A DNA stretch of 64,000 nucleotides, from positions 256,001-320,000 of IMG/VR virus record IMGVR_UViG_3300011989_000257; one strand, given 5' to 3'. How positions within the stretch are numbered: the first letter of the stretch is position 1; the number at the start of each line of letters is the position of its first letter. A program made the translations under genes and the position numbers. Shown here in pieces: positions 1-10,627 of this stretch. Source of the stretch: a virus. Taxonomy: Duplodnaviria > Caudoviricetes. A model generated the notes under the pieces. The model did no database searches. It was not told the DNA's origin and saw only the letters and a program-made list of their open reading frames with translations.

Positions 1-167
1 TCATTATTAGGAAGCGATTCAAATGTCTTTCTACCCATAATTACGACACTGTTTAACGTCTGGCGTTTAAAATTTGCCATATCGTTCCCAATGTGGTATA
101 AAAGTTTACCCTCATTACCTAAAACCCTTTTTTGGTTAATGCAAGCAATAATCTTAAATTTGGCCAT
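1..167 (-). CDS. folA: Dihydrofolate reductase, N-terminal part (runs off window)
   Basis: Manual translation MAKFKIIACINQKRVLGNEGKLLYHIGNDMANFKRQTLNSVVIMGRKTFESLP contains the DHFR VIMGRKTFES motif. Confidence 0.9.
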   Translation of the reverse strand, partial: MAKFKIIACINQKRVLGNEGKLLYHIGNDMANFKRQTLNSVVIMGRKTFESLPNN

Positions 168-191
168 AAAATATTTTTAATTAAATGTTTT

Positions 192-201
192 TGCAAAGAT
201 A
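192..201 (-). promoter_or_regulatory. Bacteroidetes sigma-A-type promoter -7 box TATCTTTGCA (first of >20 copies; others near 2797, 4636, 5511, 11694, 11801, 13989, 15781, 19373, 19719, 22230, 31652, 32026, 34372, 42540, 42858, 47072, 54010, 55558, 57363, 63177)
   Basis: Recurrent intergenic TAnnTTTG, usually with TTTG about 20 nt upstream, in front of minus-strand genes. Confidence 0.85.
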
Positions 202-244
202 TAAAAAAACTCGTAGAAAAACAAATCCTACGAGTTAATTTATG

Positions 245-535
245 TTAAAACTTATACTTAAATAATCTATTCATGAGCAGTTCATTGAAAAGACGATTCG
301 CCACCTCATTGATACCCATTTCCTTAACGTCATCGAACATAATCTTCTCATTATCAAGGAATTTTGGCCTTTTGCCCTTCGGATAAGCAACCACTTTTTC
401 ATAAGAACCTAAATCCTCAACACGCCACTCAACATCAAGTTTGTTATACCATACCAATACTTTTTCGGAAGTATAACCAAACATTTCAAACAATAATGTT
501 ATGTAATTTTCATCGAGTTCAATTTTTATTTCCAT
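245..535 (-). CDS. hypothetical protein
   Basis: ORF in co-directional gene run. Confidence 0.7.
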   Translation of the reverse strand: MEIKIELDENYITLLFEMFGYTSEKVLVWYNKLDVEWRVEDLGSYEKVVAYPKGKRPKFLDNEKIMFDDVKEMGINEVANRLFNELLMNRLFKYKF

Positions 536-1035
536 ATTCCGCTTTTTTTAAGTTCAAACCAATGGTTCACTATTTTTTCATTAGCAAGATTCGCACCACT
601 ATATTTTTGAATTTCAATGCTATCAGAAACAAGTTTAACTACATAATGATATATATTTTTATTGGATGCCAAAACATCCATATATTCTTTTTCATCAAAT
701 AATGCTAGATAAAAGAAAGTCAACTCATATACAGATACTGGCTTGAACCATTTCTTGCTTAAAAACGATTCAAAGTTACAACATCCAAAAACGTCAACAC
801 ATTTTTTTCTATCACACCAATATGTAGTTGTGTTGTTTTTATTGGCATAATGAGTGGCAAAAAAATCGTAGGCATCTGTGTTTGTATATTCAATGAACTC
901 CTTAACAAGATTGCATTCTTTCAATACTCTCATTGCTATACGAGCACATTTATTTGCCCTTTCTATGTCTGAAACTGATTTTTTTGTCAAATCCATGTGA
1001 TTCAATATGTTGTTCGTTTGTTCTTGTATCTTCAA
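526..1035 (-). CDS. hypothetical protein
   Basis: ORF in co-directional run; true start probably downstream. Confidence 0.65.
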   Translation of the reverse strand: MKIQEQTNNILNHMDLTKKSVSDIERANKCARIAMRVLKECNLVKEFIEYTNTDAYDFFATHYANKNNTTTYWCDRKKCVDVFGCCNFESFLSKKWFKPVSVYELTFFYLALFDEKEYMDVLASNKNIYHYVVKLVSDSIEIQKYSGANLANEKIVNHWFELKKSGIWK

Positions 1036-1756
1036 AATCTTTATCCCTCAATGATGAAATGTATTCATAAAGGTTATTCCAAACTTCATATGCGTCAATA
1101 AATTTCGGGATGTATGTAGAATAAAGAATCGGATTGTCAATCTTCTGCTCCATAGTATCATCATTTATTACAAACTCATCGTTTCCGTTACCGTAAAACC
1201 AACTGTGATTCTTATGGATAACTGGAGCTATACAGATTGGCGCATAGGAAATTTTTTCATCTTTCGAAATATCTTTTTTCCTAATTAACCCATAATTAAG
1301 GTGCAGTTTTGTTTCATCATCATCGTCAAGGTATCTTTCAACTTCAAAGTAATAATGATGAAACCCTATTTCAAGAACAAAATGGAATATTCTTCCTTCT
1401 TTAACCTCTTCCCAAGAACTTCTCACTTTAGACCTCTTCTCGAAACTCATCCCTTTAGTTTCTTCATCTTGTTCTTTATAGGTGAGGACTTTACTAGAGT
1501 TCCATCTTTTCACTGATTCCCTTTTCTTATCACCATAGATACAGTTTTTACTGAACCATTTTTCTATATTACTGTTGTGGAAATCTGACAAAGAGCTAGG
1601 ATACGCATGTCTGCAATTACTACAATCATCCCATTTCTTTGTTGGGTCAATTGGGAAACACTCTCTACGGTCATATACAACCAATTCGTCTTGTCCCAAG
1701 ACACCCATTAGATAATCATAAAAATCCTTGATTTTTCCTCGTGTTATAATTTTCAT
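950..1756 (-). CDS. hypothetical phage protein (C-terminal HGFDxKxSFR motif)
   Basis: 268 aa ORF. Confidence 0.75.
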   Translation of the reverse strand: MKIITRGKIKDFYDYLMGVLGQDELVVYDRRECFPIDPTKKWDDCSNCRHAYPSSLSDFHNSNIEKWFSKNCIYGDKKRESVKRWNSSKVLTYKEQDEETKGMSFEKRSKVRSSWEEVKEGRIFHFVLEIGFHHYYFEVERYLDDDDETKLHLNYGLIRKKDISKDEKISYAPICIAPVIHKNHSWFYGNGNDEFVINDDTMEQKIDNPILYSTYIPKFIDAYEVWNNLYEYISSLRDKDFEDTRTNEQHIESHGFDKKISFRHRKGK

Positions 1757-1759
1757 AAG

Positions 1760-2512
1760 TTACCTCCAATAACAATATAGGCAGTTGTGTTCACACCTAT
1801 GTGGTTTAACTTTTAATATTTCTGTCTTGTTGGCTGGGCAACCACAGCTATCCCTCTGTTCTGCTGAACCTTCAAGGATTATTTTATCTGTGAGTCCCAA
1901 TATATCAATATCCCTCTGAGATAGACAAGATATGCTTTCGATTCCAGGTTCCCCACACGCCTCAATACTTTCAAAACCACCATCGTGAGCAACTTCCTCA
2001 ATTTTGGCAGCATATTCTTTTCTCAATTCAAGTGGAGCGTGAAATTCACCACCATATAGTTCCTTGATTCCTTCCTCTTTAAAACGTTTCTTAACGTGTT
2101 TATAGTTGTCTAAGAAAGAAAACCTAAGTCTTTTGATTCCAAGCCCACTAAAGGCTGTTATAACACCTAGAGCAGTCTCTATTCCTTTCTCTGTGGGAAC
2201 TATTGGGTCAACTCTAAGAACAACATGAGAAATAGGAAATCCCTTTTCAAGTAATTCCAAAAGTTTCTTATATGTTTCTTCAGTTTTTGGCACGAATGGC
2301 TCTATACGACTTTGACCCATTCCAGTTACAGTAAGGTGCAAAATTATCTTGTTTTGGTGCTCAATTAACTTTTCGATTAAAGCATCTGTCAATCTTTTAG
2401 TGATTATAATATTCCCATCGTATAATTCATCAAATGCTTCAAGGTGAAAAGCGACCTCACTTGATTCCGTAACCCCGATTCTTTGAGATTTTTCTATTTT
2501 CTTTTTAGCCAT
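1760..2512 (-). CDS. DUF1848-like (radical-SAM-related) protein
   Basis: LRVDPIVP segment and C-terminal CGC...CEHNCLYCYW. Confidence 0.65.
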   Translation of the reverse strand: MAKKKIEKSQRIGVTESSEVAFHLEAFDELYDGNIIITKRLTDALIEKLIEHQNKIILHLTVTGMGQSRIEPFVPKTEETYKKLLELLEKGFPISHVVLRVDPIVPTEKGIETALGVITAFSGLGIKRLRFSFLDNYKHVKKRFKEEGIKELYGGEFHAPLELRKEYAAKIEEVAHDGGFESIEACGEPGIESISCLSQRDIDILGLTDKIILEGSAEQRDSCGCPANKTEILKVKPHRCEHNCLYCYWR

Positions 2513-2596
2513 ATTTCCTAAAACAATTAAACGCTAGTTGATAACATTGTTTACAATATCATCAGCTAGCGTTATTTAGTTGCCTTGTAATCTAAA

Positions 2597-2755
2597 TTAC
2601 TTAACAACCACACTGTCAACAGTAACACTGTCAATAGAATCAACAACTGCAATACTATCAGTATCAGTTGCTGTCTGATTTGATGCAGTCTTACCACCGC
2701 AAGCTGCGAATGACATTGCAACCACCAAGGTTGCTACAAATACTAATTTCTTCAT
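2597..2755 (-). CDS. small Bacteroidetes-type lipoprotein (52 aa, not in ORF track)
   Basis: MKKLVFVATLVVAMSFAACGGK lipobox, DS-rich tail, promoter directly upstream. Confidence 0.75.
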   Translation of the reverse strand: MKKLVFVATLVVAMSFAACGGKTASNQTATDTDSIAVVDSIDSVTVDSVVVK

Positions 2756-2818
2756 TTTCTTTTTTTTTTTATTAAAATAATTATTAATTTATTGAATGCA
2801 AAGATATAGAAAAATTTT

Positions 2819-3238
2819 TTAATTTCCAAATAATTCTACTATTTTTTCTATCCTTTTTTTATAAACACCTTTAAATTTATGGTATCTTTTTCTTTCTTCT
2901 TTTGTTAAAGTATAGTTACTATAACCTATATAGTGATTAAGGGCGCTTATGCAAGACCCATAACCAACCATACTATGTTTTATACATAAATAAGTTATAC
3001 CTAATATCCATCTTAAGTTTAAGATATAATAGTATACATACCCTTCTTTAGTTTTAGCCCATGCTATTCTTTCGTTAAATATATGAATAATAACTCTGAT
3101 GTCAGAAAAATCATATTCGCTTGGATAAATTTTTCTTATTGCCTCAGTATTATGTATTTTAGTGAAATGGGTGAATAATTCTTCCATTTCATTTGCCATT
3201 TCCTTACTTTCCATTACTTGTGGTTTTTTGCAAACCAT
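2819..3238 (-). CDS. hypothetical protein
   Basis: ORF in run. Confidence 0.6.
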   Translation of the reverse strand: MVCKKPQVMESKEMANEMEELFTHFTKIHNTEAIRKIYPSEYDFSDIRVIIHIFNERIAWAKTKEGYVYYYILNLRWILGITYLCIKHSMVGYGSCISALNHYIGYSNYTLTKEERKRYHKFKGVYKKRIEKIVELFGN

Positions 3239-3588
3239 AATTTGTTTTTGAAATCATACCATTTTACGGTTTCCAAGAAAAAAGAATTAAATTCTTCTTT
3301 CCAGTTAATACTTATAACCTTAAAATAATCATTATTACGGCTAAACTTTATCCCCTTTCCGTCCAAATTATGGCATACATTAAATATTTGTTTGTATGTT
3401 TTTGGCTCAATACCAACTGCATCATGAACAGCTAAATAAATCATGTATTCATCAAATAGTTTTTTGTTTTTTAAAAATTTAATCCATTTTCTATTTAATG
3501 AACTAGTTCTAGTGTTGTATCTAGAATTTTTTATAGCTTGTTCTACTATTGCACTTGATGTTAATGCGTTAAAAATTTTCATGAACAC
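3214..3588 (-). CDS. hypothetical protein
   Basis: ORF in run. Confidence 0.6.
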   Translation of the reverse strand: MFMKIFNALTSSAIVEQAIKNSRYNTRTSSLNRKWIKFLKNKKLFDEYMIYLAVHDAVGIEPKTYKQIFNVCHNLDGKGIKFSRNNDYFKVISINWKEEFNSFFLETVKWYDFKNKLWFAKNHK

Positions 3589-4085
3589 TTTTCAAAAATT
3601 TCCTTAATACGTTTATCGTGATTAAATGCCCACATGTAATTGTCCACCTCAGATATTTTAATCCATTTGATTTCCCCCACTTCTTTTCCTTCATTGTGAG
3701 CCTTTGAGAATGTGAAATCATCAGTTACGGCATTATCAATGAAGGCAGCAAAACGGAATGTGACATTCTGCCTATTAGCCTCTGGACTATCCTCATAACC
3801 GACTAGAGTCACAATATCTTCATCTATTAGAACGCCAGTTTCTTCATATAGTTCTCGCATGGCACAATCTTTAGTGGTTTCATTAAAATCCAAATAGCCA
3901 CAGCAACAATTCCAAAAACCTCTGAAATCGGCGGCTTCATCGCCACGTTCTGAAGCTAAAATGCACCAATTGCCTTCTTTATCTTTACAGTAGACAAAGA
4001 TGGCACATGCCATTGAACGACTGAACCACCCTATGAAATTACCTTCTTTGTCGTAACAAGGTTGATTAACTAGTTTACTATCCAT
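3579..4085 (-). CDS. NUDIX hydrolase
   Basis: Nudix box GYLDFNETTKDCAMRELYEETG. Confidence 0.9.
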   Translation of the reverse strand: MDSKLVNQPCYDKEGNFIGWFSRSMACAIFVYCKDKEGNWCILASERGDEAADFRGFWNCCCGYLDFNETTKDCAMRELYEETGVLIDEDIVTLVGYEDSPEANRQNVTFRFAAFIDNAVTDDFTFSKAHNEGKEVGEIKWIKISEVDNYMWAFNHDKRIKEIFEKCS

Positions 4086-4690
4086 TATTTTTCTTTTCTT
4101 TTAATAAAAAATATTTTGTCTATTAACTTATCTATAAAATGTGATGATGGCTTACAACTACCTATATATGAGTGATGCGTTGTTTTTGGCGCATCCATAT
4201 GGTATAGTTTCCTTGCCAATATTTTTTTCCTTACATCAAGGTCTCTTTCCATTTCAAATTCTTGGAATATATTACCCCAATAGTGTTTATTGAGTTGAAT
4301 ATCAATATATTTTGCAACTTCTTTTGTTTGATTAACTGTAACAGGTGTAAATATTACTTGGTCGAAGAATTGATACCGACCTAATTTTGCGTCTATAACC
4401 CATACGTCCTTCAAATCATTTACATATTTGTTGTATATATGTCTCTTTTTAATATATTTCAGCCAATCTATATATGGTTTATTTTTTTGTTTTTCCCTTA
4501 TATCATATCTGAGTTTTTTTAGTTTTAATCTTTTAGTCATATCATCATTATATGCCTTTATTCTAAAATGCCCAAATAAGATAAACAGTAAAGAATCATG
4601 TAACATATTATTTTTAAGCCCCATATAATATTTTATGCAAAGATACAGAAAAAAAATGAGATAAGCAAATATTTTAATAGAGTTTAACAT
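4085..4690 (-). CDS. hypothetical protein (true start likely near 4624, after promoter)
   Basis: ORF; N-terminus of track call overlaps promoter. Confidence 0.55.
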   Translation of the reverse strand: MLNSIKIFAYLIFFLYLCIKYYMGLKNNMLHDSLLFILFGHFRIKAYNDDMTKRLKLKKLRYDIREKQKNKPYIDWLKYIKKRHIYNKYVNDLKDVWVIDAKLGRYQFFDQVIFTPVTVNQTKEVAKYIDIQLNKHYWGNIFQEFEMERDLDVRKKILARKLYHMDAPKTTHHSYIGSCKPSSHFIDKLIDKIFFIKRKEK

Positions 4691-4831
4691 TTAAAATGGT
4701 TAGTGCTTCACAGCACCAACCACCGAAAAGAAATTTTAATATAATCTATAGTACCTATAGCTTTCATTTTTATAAGCCTCTCCAATAGACTTAATGTACC
4801 ATTTAATGCATTTTACAAGTATCCTCATAAC

Positions 4832-5197
4832 TTATTCGATAATGTCAATCTTCCTATTACGTATGGTTGCATTTAAAAGTGTAAGGTACTTATGGTACTG
4901 CTCTTGGTTGAGAATGTACGACATATACTTTATGTTCTTGTCAATTGCATTCTTAGTTACCATAGCACGATTCGTACTGTTGCACTCTACAGCAGCAAAC
5001 ATTAAATCACTTGATAGCTCGTTGACCACTGTTTCAACAGCATCGTACTGGTCACTAGACAACTGCAAACAATCTCCAAGTTTCTTGGCGTTTACCTTAA
5101 CTTCATACTTCTCAATCTCTGCTGCGTTATTGTTCTCTGCATACATGCTAACGCTCATGGTGAACAACATCACCAACATAATTAAATACTTCTTCAT
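4832..5197 (-). CDS. secreted Prevotella-type hypothetical protein
   Basis: Signal peptide MKKYLIMLVMLFTMSVSMYA. Confidence 0.7.
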   Translation of the reverse strand: MKKYLIMLVMLFTMSVSMYAENNNAAEIEKYEVKVNAKKLGDCLQLSSDQYDAVETVVNELSSDLMFAAVECNSTNRAMVTKNAIDKNIKYMSYILNQEQYHKYLTLLNATIRNRKIDIIE

Positions 5198-5608
5198 AAT
5201 AATTTTCCCTTTCTTTAATTTTTACACTTACTTATTTACTTACTTCTTTTTTTTTTTAATGTGGCCGAAATCGGTACACTTACTTCCGATTTTAACCGAT
5301 ATTCAACCACAATGCACTTACTTATAAATTAGCCTAGACTATTAATTTTCCCAAGCCATTGTTCATACATTTGGTCTTGCACTTCACTTAATATATATAA
5401 CCAAATGGCATAATGTTAATCATTTAAAATGCATTTTTTATCGAAAACTATGTACTATTTGACATATGTCAATTTAAACTGTGTGCGAACACATTGTTTT
5501 TATTTAACGATGCAAAGATATGAAAAAAATATGAGAAAACAAAAAACTGCCAAATAAATCGTCATTATTTGGCAGTTATCTTGATATGAATCAAATCATT
5601 GATTTGAA

Positions 5609-7393
5609 TCAATATACCTTATTTTCTATTGGGAATTTATACCATTCATTACTTGTAATACTCATTTTTCCCCATGAGTTGAATTGAGAATAAGCATCTT
5701 TTATACAAACCTTTTCTAATGGGTACTTAAAGTCATATGGTATCATGATTCCATGTGGGTCTTCACCTTTCTTTGATAATCTGATTTCAGTTCCCTTTGT
5801 TTTATTTATAATATAAGGTTGAGTATTCTCATCCAAAAAACTAAAATCGCTTTTAACACTTATAGCTTCAGATATTGGCTTTGCATTTTCACCAACGGTA
5901 TTTATATATTCTAATCCTTTGCCAAATAATGCATGAGCTTCTGTCTTATCATTTATAATGTTGCCGTTTATACCCTTAATGAATAGTTCATCATATGCCC
6001 CACAAGCTACAAGGCTATATTCGACCTTATTACCATTTCGTTTAGCTTTTATAACTATGTCATTCATATCATAATCACCCAATTGCGTATCTTCAAAACA
6101 ATAAGTGTAATAATTGCTTTCTAACTCTGGAATGATTATTATAGGTTCTATTCCACCTTCTACTTCAAGAATTATATCATTAAAATCAGTATCAGTACCA
6201 CTTTCCCAACACATCATAGTCTTACCGTTTATGGTAAGCCAAGCAACACGAGGACCATCAGTTCCAAGTTTAGAACTACTGAAATTAGGCCATTTATTAA
6301 TTTTATTGTTCAACCTTCCGTCTCCATAAAGTTCTCCTTGCTTTTTAGGTGCTTCAAAAGAAGTATTCGCCCTAACCATAAATCCTATCTTATACCCTTT
6401 AGGGAAATGAAATGTTCCTTCTTGAGCACTTACTGGTGCTCCATCACCGAAATAAACAAGAGCATAGGCATTACGTTTTTCAATAATATCGTCTTCGGTT
6501 TCACCGAAGTGCTTATTAAACTTTATTGCTCTATATTTAGGTAAATGACTGATATAATCAATTGGGTCTTTACCCTCTAAATCGGATTCTTTAAAATAGT
6601 AATAATAAAGTTCTGAATTCCATACTTCATTGCCATATTGCTTAGCCTTATCACATTTGTAAATTGGAGAAACAATAATTGGTTCATCACCAGTAGTTAT
6701 AGGATAAGCATTTTCATTGTAAAAACCTGACCTTTTAACTAATGGCAAATTGTTGTAACTTCTTCCATTTTTAAAATAAGAAAAAATAACACTTCTTAAT
6801 ATATCTCTATATTCATCAGAATAATTATTTGCCACCATTTTCCTATAATCATACATTGTATATAAGTATTCTTCATCAATCCACTTCCTTTGCATTGCAT
6901 ATGATTCAATAGGATTAAGAGCTATTTTAGGTGTTTCTGTTGGTAATGCATAATTTGATACACTACTTCTTGTCATTGCTTTATTTGCATATTCAGCAAC
7001 GCCATTTTCAACAACCATAATCTTAAAGTCAGATGACGTAATAAACGAAACAAACAACCCCATGATATCTTTAGGTGCATCATAATATATGGTCATATTT
7101 GTTTCACCATTAATATCATATTCATTTAGAACCTTCATAGAGGTTTCTCCATCCCCTTCCATAATTTTAGCAATAAGCTGAACTTTTTTTGTTCCACTTG
7201 GGATGTTTTTCACTAAAACCTCTCCATTTGCTGTAGTACACCAATCTTGGTCTTCACTAAATTCAGTACCAAACACAGTAACAACGTTATCCCTTATCAA
7301 ACGCTGTTCATAATCATTTTGATTTGGATATTCATGTTTTAAACAACTAGTCAAAATGACACTTACCATTAAAAACAAATATATCTTTCTCAT
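5609..7393 (-). CDS. lipoprotein, DUF4842/LruC-like
   Basis: Lipobox LTSC; motifs ESGTDTDFNDII and FEDTQLGDYDMNDIV. Confidence 0.7.
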   Translation of the reverse strand: MRKIYLFLMVSVILTSCLKHEYPNQNDYEQRLIRDNVVTVFGTEFSEDQDWCTTANGEVLVKNIPSGTKKVQLIAKIMEGDGETSMKVLNEYDINGETNMTIYYDAPKDIMGLFVSFITSSDFKIMVVENGVAEYANKAMTRSSVSNYALPTETPKIALNPIESYAMQRKWIDEEYLYTMYDYRKMVANNYSDEYRDILRSVIFSYFKNGRSYNNLPLVKRSGFYNENAYPITTGDEPIIVSPIYKCDKAKQYGNEVWNSELYYYYFKESDLEGKDPIDYISHLPKYRAIKFNKHFGETEDDIIEKRNAYALVYFGDGAPVSAQEGTFHFPKGYKIGFMVRANTSFEAPKKQGELYGDGRLNNKINKWPNFSSSKLGTDGPRVAWLTINGKTMMCWESGTDTDFNDIILEVEGGIEPIIIIPELESNYYTYCFEDTQLGDYDMNDIVIKAKRNGNKVEYSLVACGAYDELFIKGINGNIINDKTEAHALFGKGLEYINTVGENAKPISEAISVKSDFSFLDENTQPYIINKTKGTEIRLSKKGEDPHGIMIPYDFKYPLEKVCIKDAYSQFNSWGKMSITSNEWYKFPIENKVY

Positions 7394-7438
7394 AATAAAA
7401 AAAAATTAGTTGTTGCGTAAATGGGACTTAAACCCATG

Positions 7439-7885
7439 TTAATATAATCTTTTGTACCAATTAATTTTTGGTATAAAACCACATCCTTTAAAAAGGTATA
7501 TTATTTTGGCATCTTTTTCTCTATACCCACCAAAGAAATGCATGTTTTTATATATTTGTTCAAGTATTGAACAGAAATTATAGAAATGTTCCTCATTTCT
7601 AACCCCATCGCCTTCCAACACAATTCTAACATATACGTCATTGTTCCTATCTAAAAAATTCAATATCTTGTATATTGAAGGTGATTTATATGATATACCA
7701 TTATATGAAAAATATGGCTTACCAGAATGAGTAAAAGCAACATGTAAATCAAATGCTCTGACGTTATATAAATCATATTGAACTTCTATATCAGCAAAAT
7801 GACCTTTCCTAAAAAAAGCTTTGAATTTATCAATAAATCCTTTGGGTTTTAGGTAATTCATTGTGTGTAAAGAACCTTTAATCAT
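7439..7885 (-). CDS. short PLC-like phosphodiesterase-domain protein
   Basis: HT..Y and QYDLYNVRAFDLHV resemble PI-PLC X-domain N-terminus. Confidence 0.45.
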   Translation of the reverse strand: MIKGSLHTMNYLKPKGFIDKFKAFFRKGHFADIEVQYDLYNVRAFDLHVAFTHSGKPYFSYNGISYKSPSIYKILNFLDRNNDVYVRIVLEGDGVRNEEHFYNFCSILEQIYKNMHFFGGYREKDAKIIYLFKGCGFIPKINWYKRLY

Positions 7886-7999
7886 AATCTAAATTCACTA
7901 AATATTTATTATTTCCCTTTCCAATAAATATCTATGAAATAGAAAAAAGCCACACTGAACCATTATGGAACAATGTGACTTTATATTATTCAAATGAAA

Positions 8000-9334
8000 T
8001 TAATCCTTTTTCCACCAGAAATCATCATCAAATTTACCTTGTACGTAATTTGTGAAATTACCATATTCATTTGAGATGTCCTTGTTCTCAGGAATTACTC
8101 CGAATGTATCATCAACGAGAATTTTACATGCTGGCTTACCTTTGGTAGCTGTCAACTCTATACCATTTTCATAGCTAGGCTTGTAGACGATGATTTTGAT
8201 ATCTTTAATCTCAACGGGAGTCTTATATTCACCATCAATCTGGAATTCCTTGGGTTCATACTCTGGTCCTTTGCCAGTATTAATCATTGGATATGTACCG
8301 TCAGCTTTAGCAGCTTCACCAAATACACCGTGAACCTCAACACCACCTACGGTCAACTTGTAAATACCACCGCAAGCAATAAGTTTCAGAGTGGTCTTGC
8401 CACCTTCTGCCTTAACGACATCGAATACAACATCATTGAAGTCGAAATCAGACTTTTCAGAAGCATTCAAGTCCTCAGCAATTACACGATAGAGTGGTTT
8501 CGTATCATTAGTGACTTTGAGAATCCAGTCCTCAGCATACTGTAAACGCTGATAACCAAGAATCTTATCTCCATTGTCATATTTTGCTCCGTAGAGAGAC
8601 AAACCTACATAACATCCAGTTCTAGCTACGCCATCCTCGAAGCAATCTCCAGGAACTTCGATGTCTGCCATCTTGAAATACCAATAATAGCCATCGCCAT
8701 TAGGTGCTTTATTGTCTTCACCCCAAGAAGAATGATAACCCCATTGTAATGCAGAACCATTTTGAACATATGCCACATCCCATGGTCCACCTGTTTTAGC
8801 ATTAAAGTCTAAAATGTGGTCAGTAGCATTTTGGTCTTGAATTGCACCTACATGCAATTTATCCATACCACCATTATCAGTGAATTCTTCATCATAGTAG
8901 TTTGAAGTTGCACCAGGATGGTTGGCCATGTAGTTTTGGTCATACTTGTGCCATATACCCTTTTTATTAGTTTGGTCGCCAGAAACAAACTGGACATAGA
9001 AATTGGTCCAATTTTTACCAACCTCACTCAAACCAGGATTCTCTTGGAACCATTTTGTAACATATTCAGCCTCTTTTGCTGTGATAGGAGCAGGGTTTCC
9101 TGTTTTAGGATAGCTCGTCATATCTGTCTTTATCACAGTACGTGTGTTTGCCTTCGTGCTACCAAAACCCCAATCAACGTCAGAACCAACAGGACCAAAA
9201 GCCTTAACGAATGCAGCATTGTAATCGTTTATAGCTTTAGTCTGAGGGTCTAGAGTGTAAACCTCAGAATCGTGGCTGCAAGATGCAAATGCGAAAATCG
9301 CAACCAAACTTAAAATAATCTTTTTCATTTTCAC
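8000..9334 (-). CDS. lipoprotein, DUF4842/LruC-like
   Basis: Lipobox FASC; AEDL...SDFDFNDVVFDV motif. Confidence 0.7.
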   Translation of the reverse strand: MKMKKIILSLVAIFAFASCSHDSEVYTLDPQTKAINDYNAAFVKAFGPVGSDVDWGFGSTKANTRTVIKTDMTSYPKTGNPAPITAKEAEYVTKWFQENPGLSEVGKNWTNFYVQFVSGDQTNKKGIWHKYDQNYMANHPGATSNYYDEEFTDNGGMDKLHVGAIQDQNATDHILDFNAKTGGPWDVAYVQNGSALQWGYHSSWGEDNKAPNGDGYYWYFKMADIEVPGDCFEDGVARTGCYVGLSLYGAKYDNGDKILGYQRLQYAEDWILKVTNDTKPLYRVIAEDLNASEKSDFDFNDVVFDVVKAEGGKTTLKLIACGGIYKLTVGGVEVHGVFGEAAKADGTYPMINTGKGPEYEPKEFQIDGEYKTPVEIKDIKIIVYKPSYENGIELTATKGKPACKILVDDTFGVIPENKDISNEYGNFTNYVQGKFDDDFWWKKD

Positions 9335-9335
9335 T

Positions 9336-9584
9336 TTACTTTTTTATTTTGTTATTCTCTTTAAATTTCTTAATCATCCTCCATGCAGAAACACCACAAT
9401 TTTTGTAGAACTCAATACTGCCTATTTTATCCATAACATAGTCAATTGCACAACTCATTATAAACAAAATCACAATACCAACAAGATACCAATACTGTGG
9501 GCATCCTTCTGCCCATGAAGCCCCAAATAAGGCTGCAAATATCATTGCAATTGGCAATAATAGTTTTGAAATAATTTTAAGCAT
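9336..9584 (-). CDS. small membrane protein
   Basis: Two hydrophobic segments. Confidence 0.65.
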   Translation of the reverse strand: MLKIISKLLLPIAMIFAALFGASWAEGCPQYWYLVGIVILFIMSCAIDYVMDKIGSIEFYKNCGVSAWRMIKKFKENNKIKK

Positions 9585-9632
9585 ATAAATATTTTTTTAA
9601 TGGTAATAATATAACAGTTGACCTTTAAACAT

Positions 9633-9830
9633 TTAATCAAAAACTTCATTCTCTAACTTAGTACATAACTCGTTGATTTTGTCTTTTGCATTAAGAATGT
9701 TCTTTTTACTTGTAACACCGTTGTAATCAAGCATACAAGTACAATCTGATATTCTTCTTGCTTCTCTTGCCACTTGACTAATTTCTGTCAAAATAGCATG
9801 TATTTTAGTCTTTCTCATATTTTGGGTCAA
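9633..9830 (-). CDS. hypothetical protein
   Basis: ORF in run. Confidence 0.55.
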   Translation of the reverse strand: MTQNMRKTKIHAILTEISQVAREARRISDCTCMLDYNGVTSKKNILNAKDKINELCTKLENEVFD

Positions 9831-10000
9831 TTTCTATGTTATCACCTTTTTAATATGTTGTCCTATCTAGAAATTCATCATCATCTTCGTCTTTCAATGG
9901 TATACCCATGTCAAAGATGCATCTTTGACGGAGATTCTTGCAATCACATCGATTGTAGAGTTGACAAGTTTCATTGCATATAATCATACCATTACCAATA

Positions 10001-10303
10001 TTAATCCAAAGCCTCGTTAATAGCATCTTTGTTGCCCTTCCTTAGCTTTTTTATTCTTATGTGGTCATCTGCATCTTCCCACTTAGAAGACCACCTTGTG
10101 GATGTTTTTTTGAGCATTTTAGCCTCATGGAAGTCATCAGTATCCAATTCTCTCCAATTGTTTGGGTGTCTTAACTTTCTTGGCGCATTTGGGTCAGATA
10201 CATACCAATGCATCCGTTCTTTTAGTTTTGCAACATACTTTGTGAATGTTTTCCACCTTCTATAAGCTTTACCTCTACTCATATAAAAATAAATATAAGT
10301 CAA
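10001..10303 (-). CDS. hypothetical protein
   Basis: ORF in run. Confidence 0.6.
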   Translation of the reverse strand: MTYIYFYMSRGKAYRRWKTFTKYVAKLKERMHWYVSDPNAPRKLRHPNNWRELDTDDFHEAKMLKKTSTRWSSKWEDADDHIRIKKLRKGNKDAINEALD

Positions 10304-10494
10304 TAACGAAATGTTACTTTATGTTCAGTGCCATCATCCAATTTAACTCCACCGTCATAAATTGGCATACCATTCATCACCCACTCATCAAAATTAAATG
10401 GTCTCCAATACTCTGCAAATACATCGCCATTACAGCGCATATGCCATAAGTATTCGTGATAATTTTCTTCTATTGTTCTTATAATATGTTTCAT
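10300..10494 (-). CDS. hypothetical protein
   Basis: ORF in run. Confidence 0.55.
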   Translation of the reverse strand: MKHIIRTIEENYHEYLWHMRCNGDVFAEYWRPFNFDEWVMNGMPIYDGGVKLDDGTEHKVTFRY

Positions 10495-10499
10495 AATAG

Positions 10500-10571
10500 T
10501 AGTCCCACCCAGAATCGAACTGGGAACTAATCTTTAGGAGAGATTTGTTATATCCGTTTAACTATGAGACT
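10500..10571 (-). tRNA. tRNA-Arg(CCT)
   Basis: Cloverleaf; AATCT-CTCCTAA-AGATT; T loop TTCGATT. Confidence 0.9.
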
Positions 10572-10627
10572 AAGAAAAAAAGGTTTATCAACCATTCTCC
10601 AAATTGATAAACCTTTTTGTTTAGATT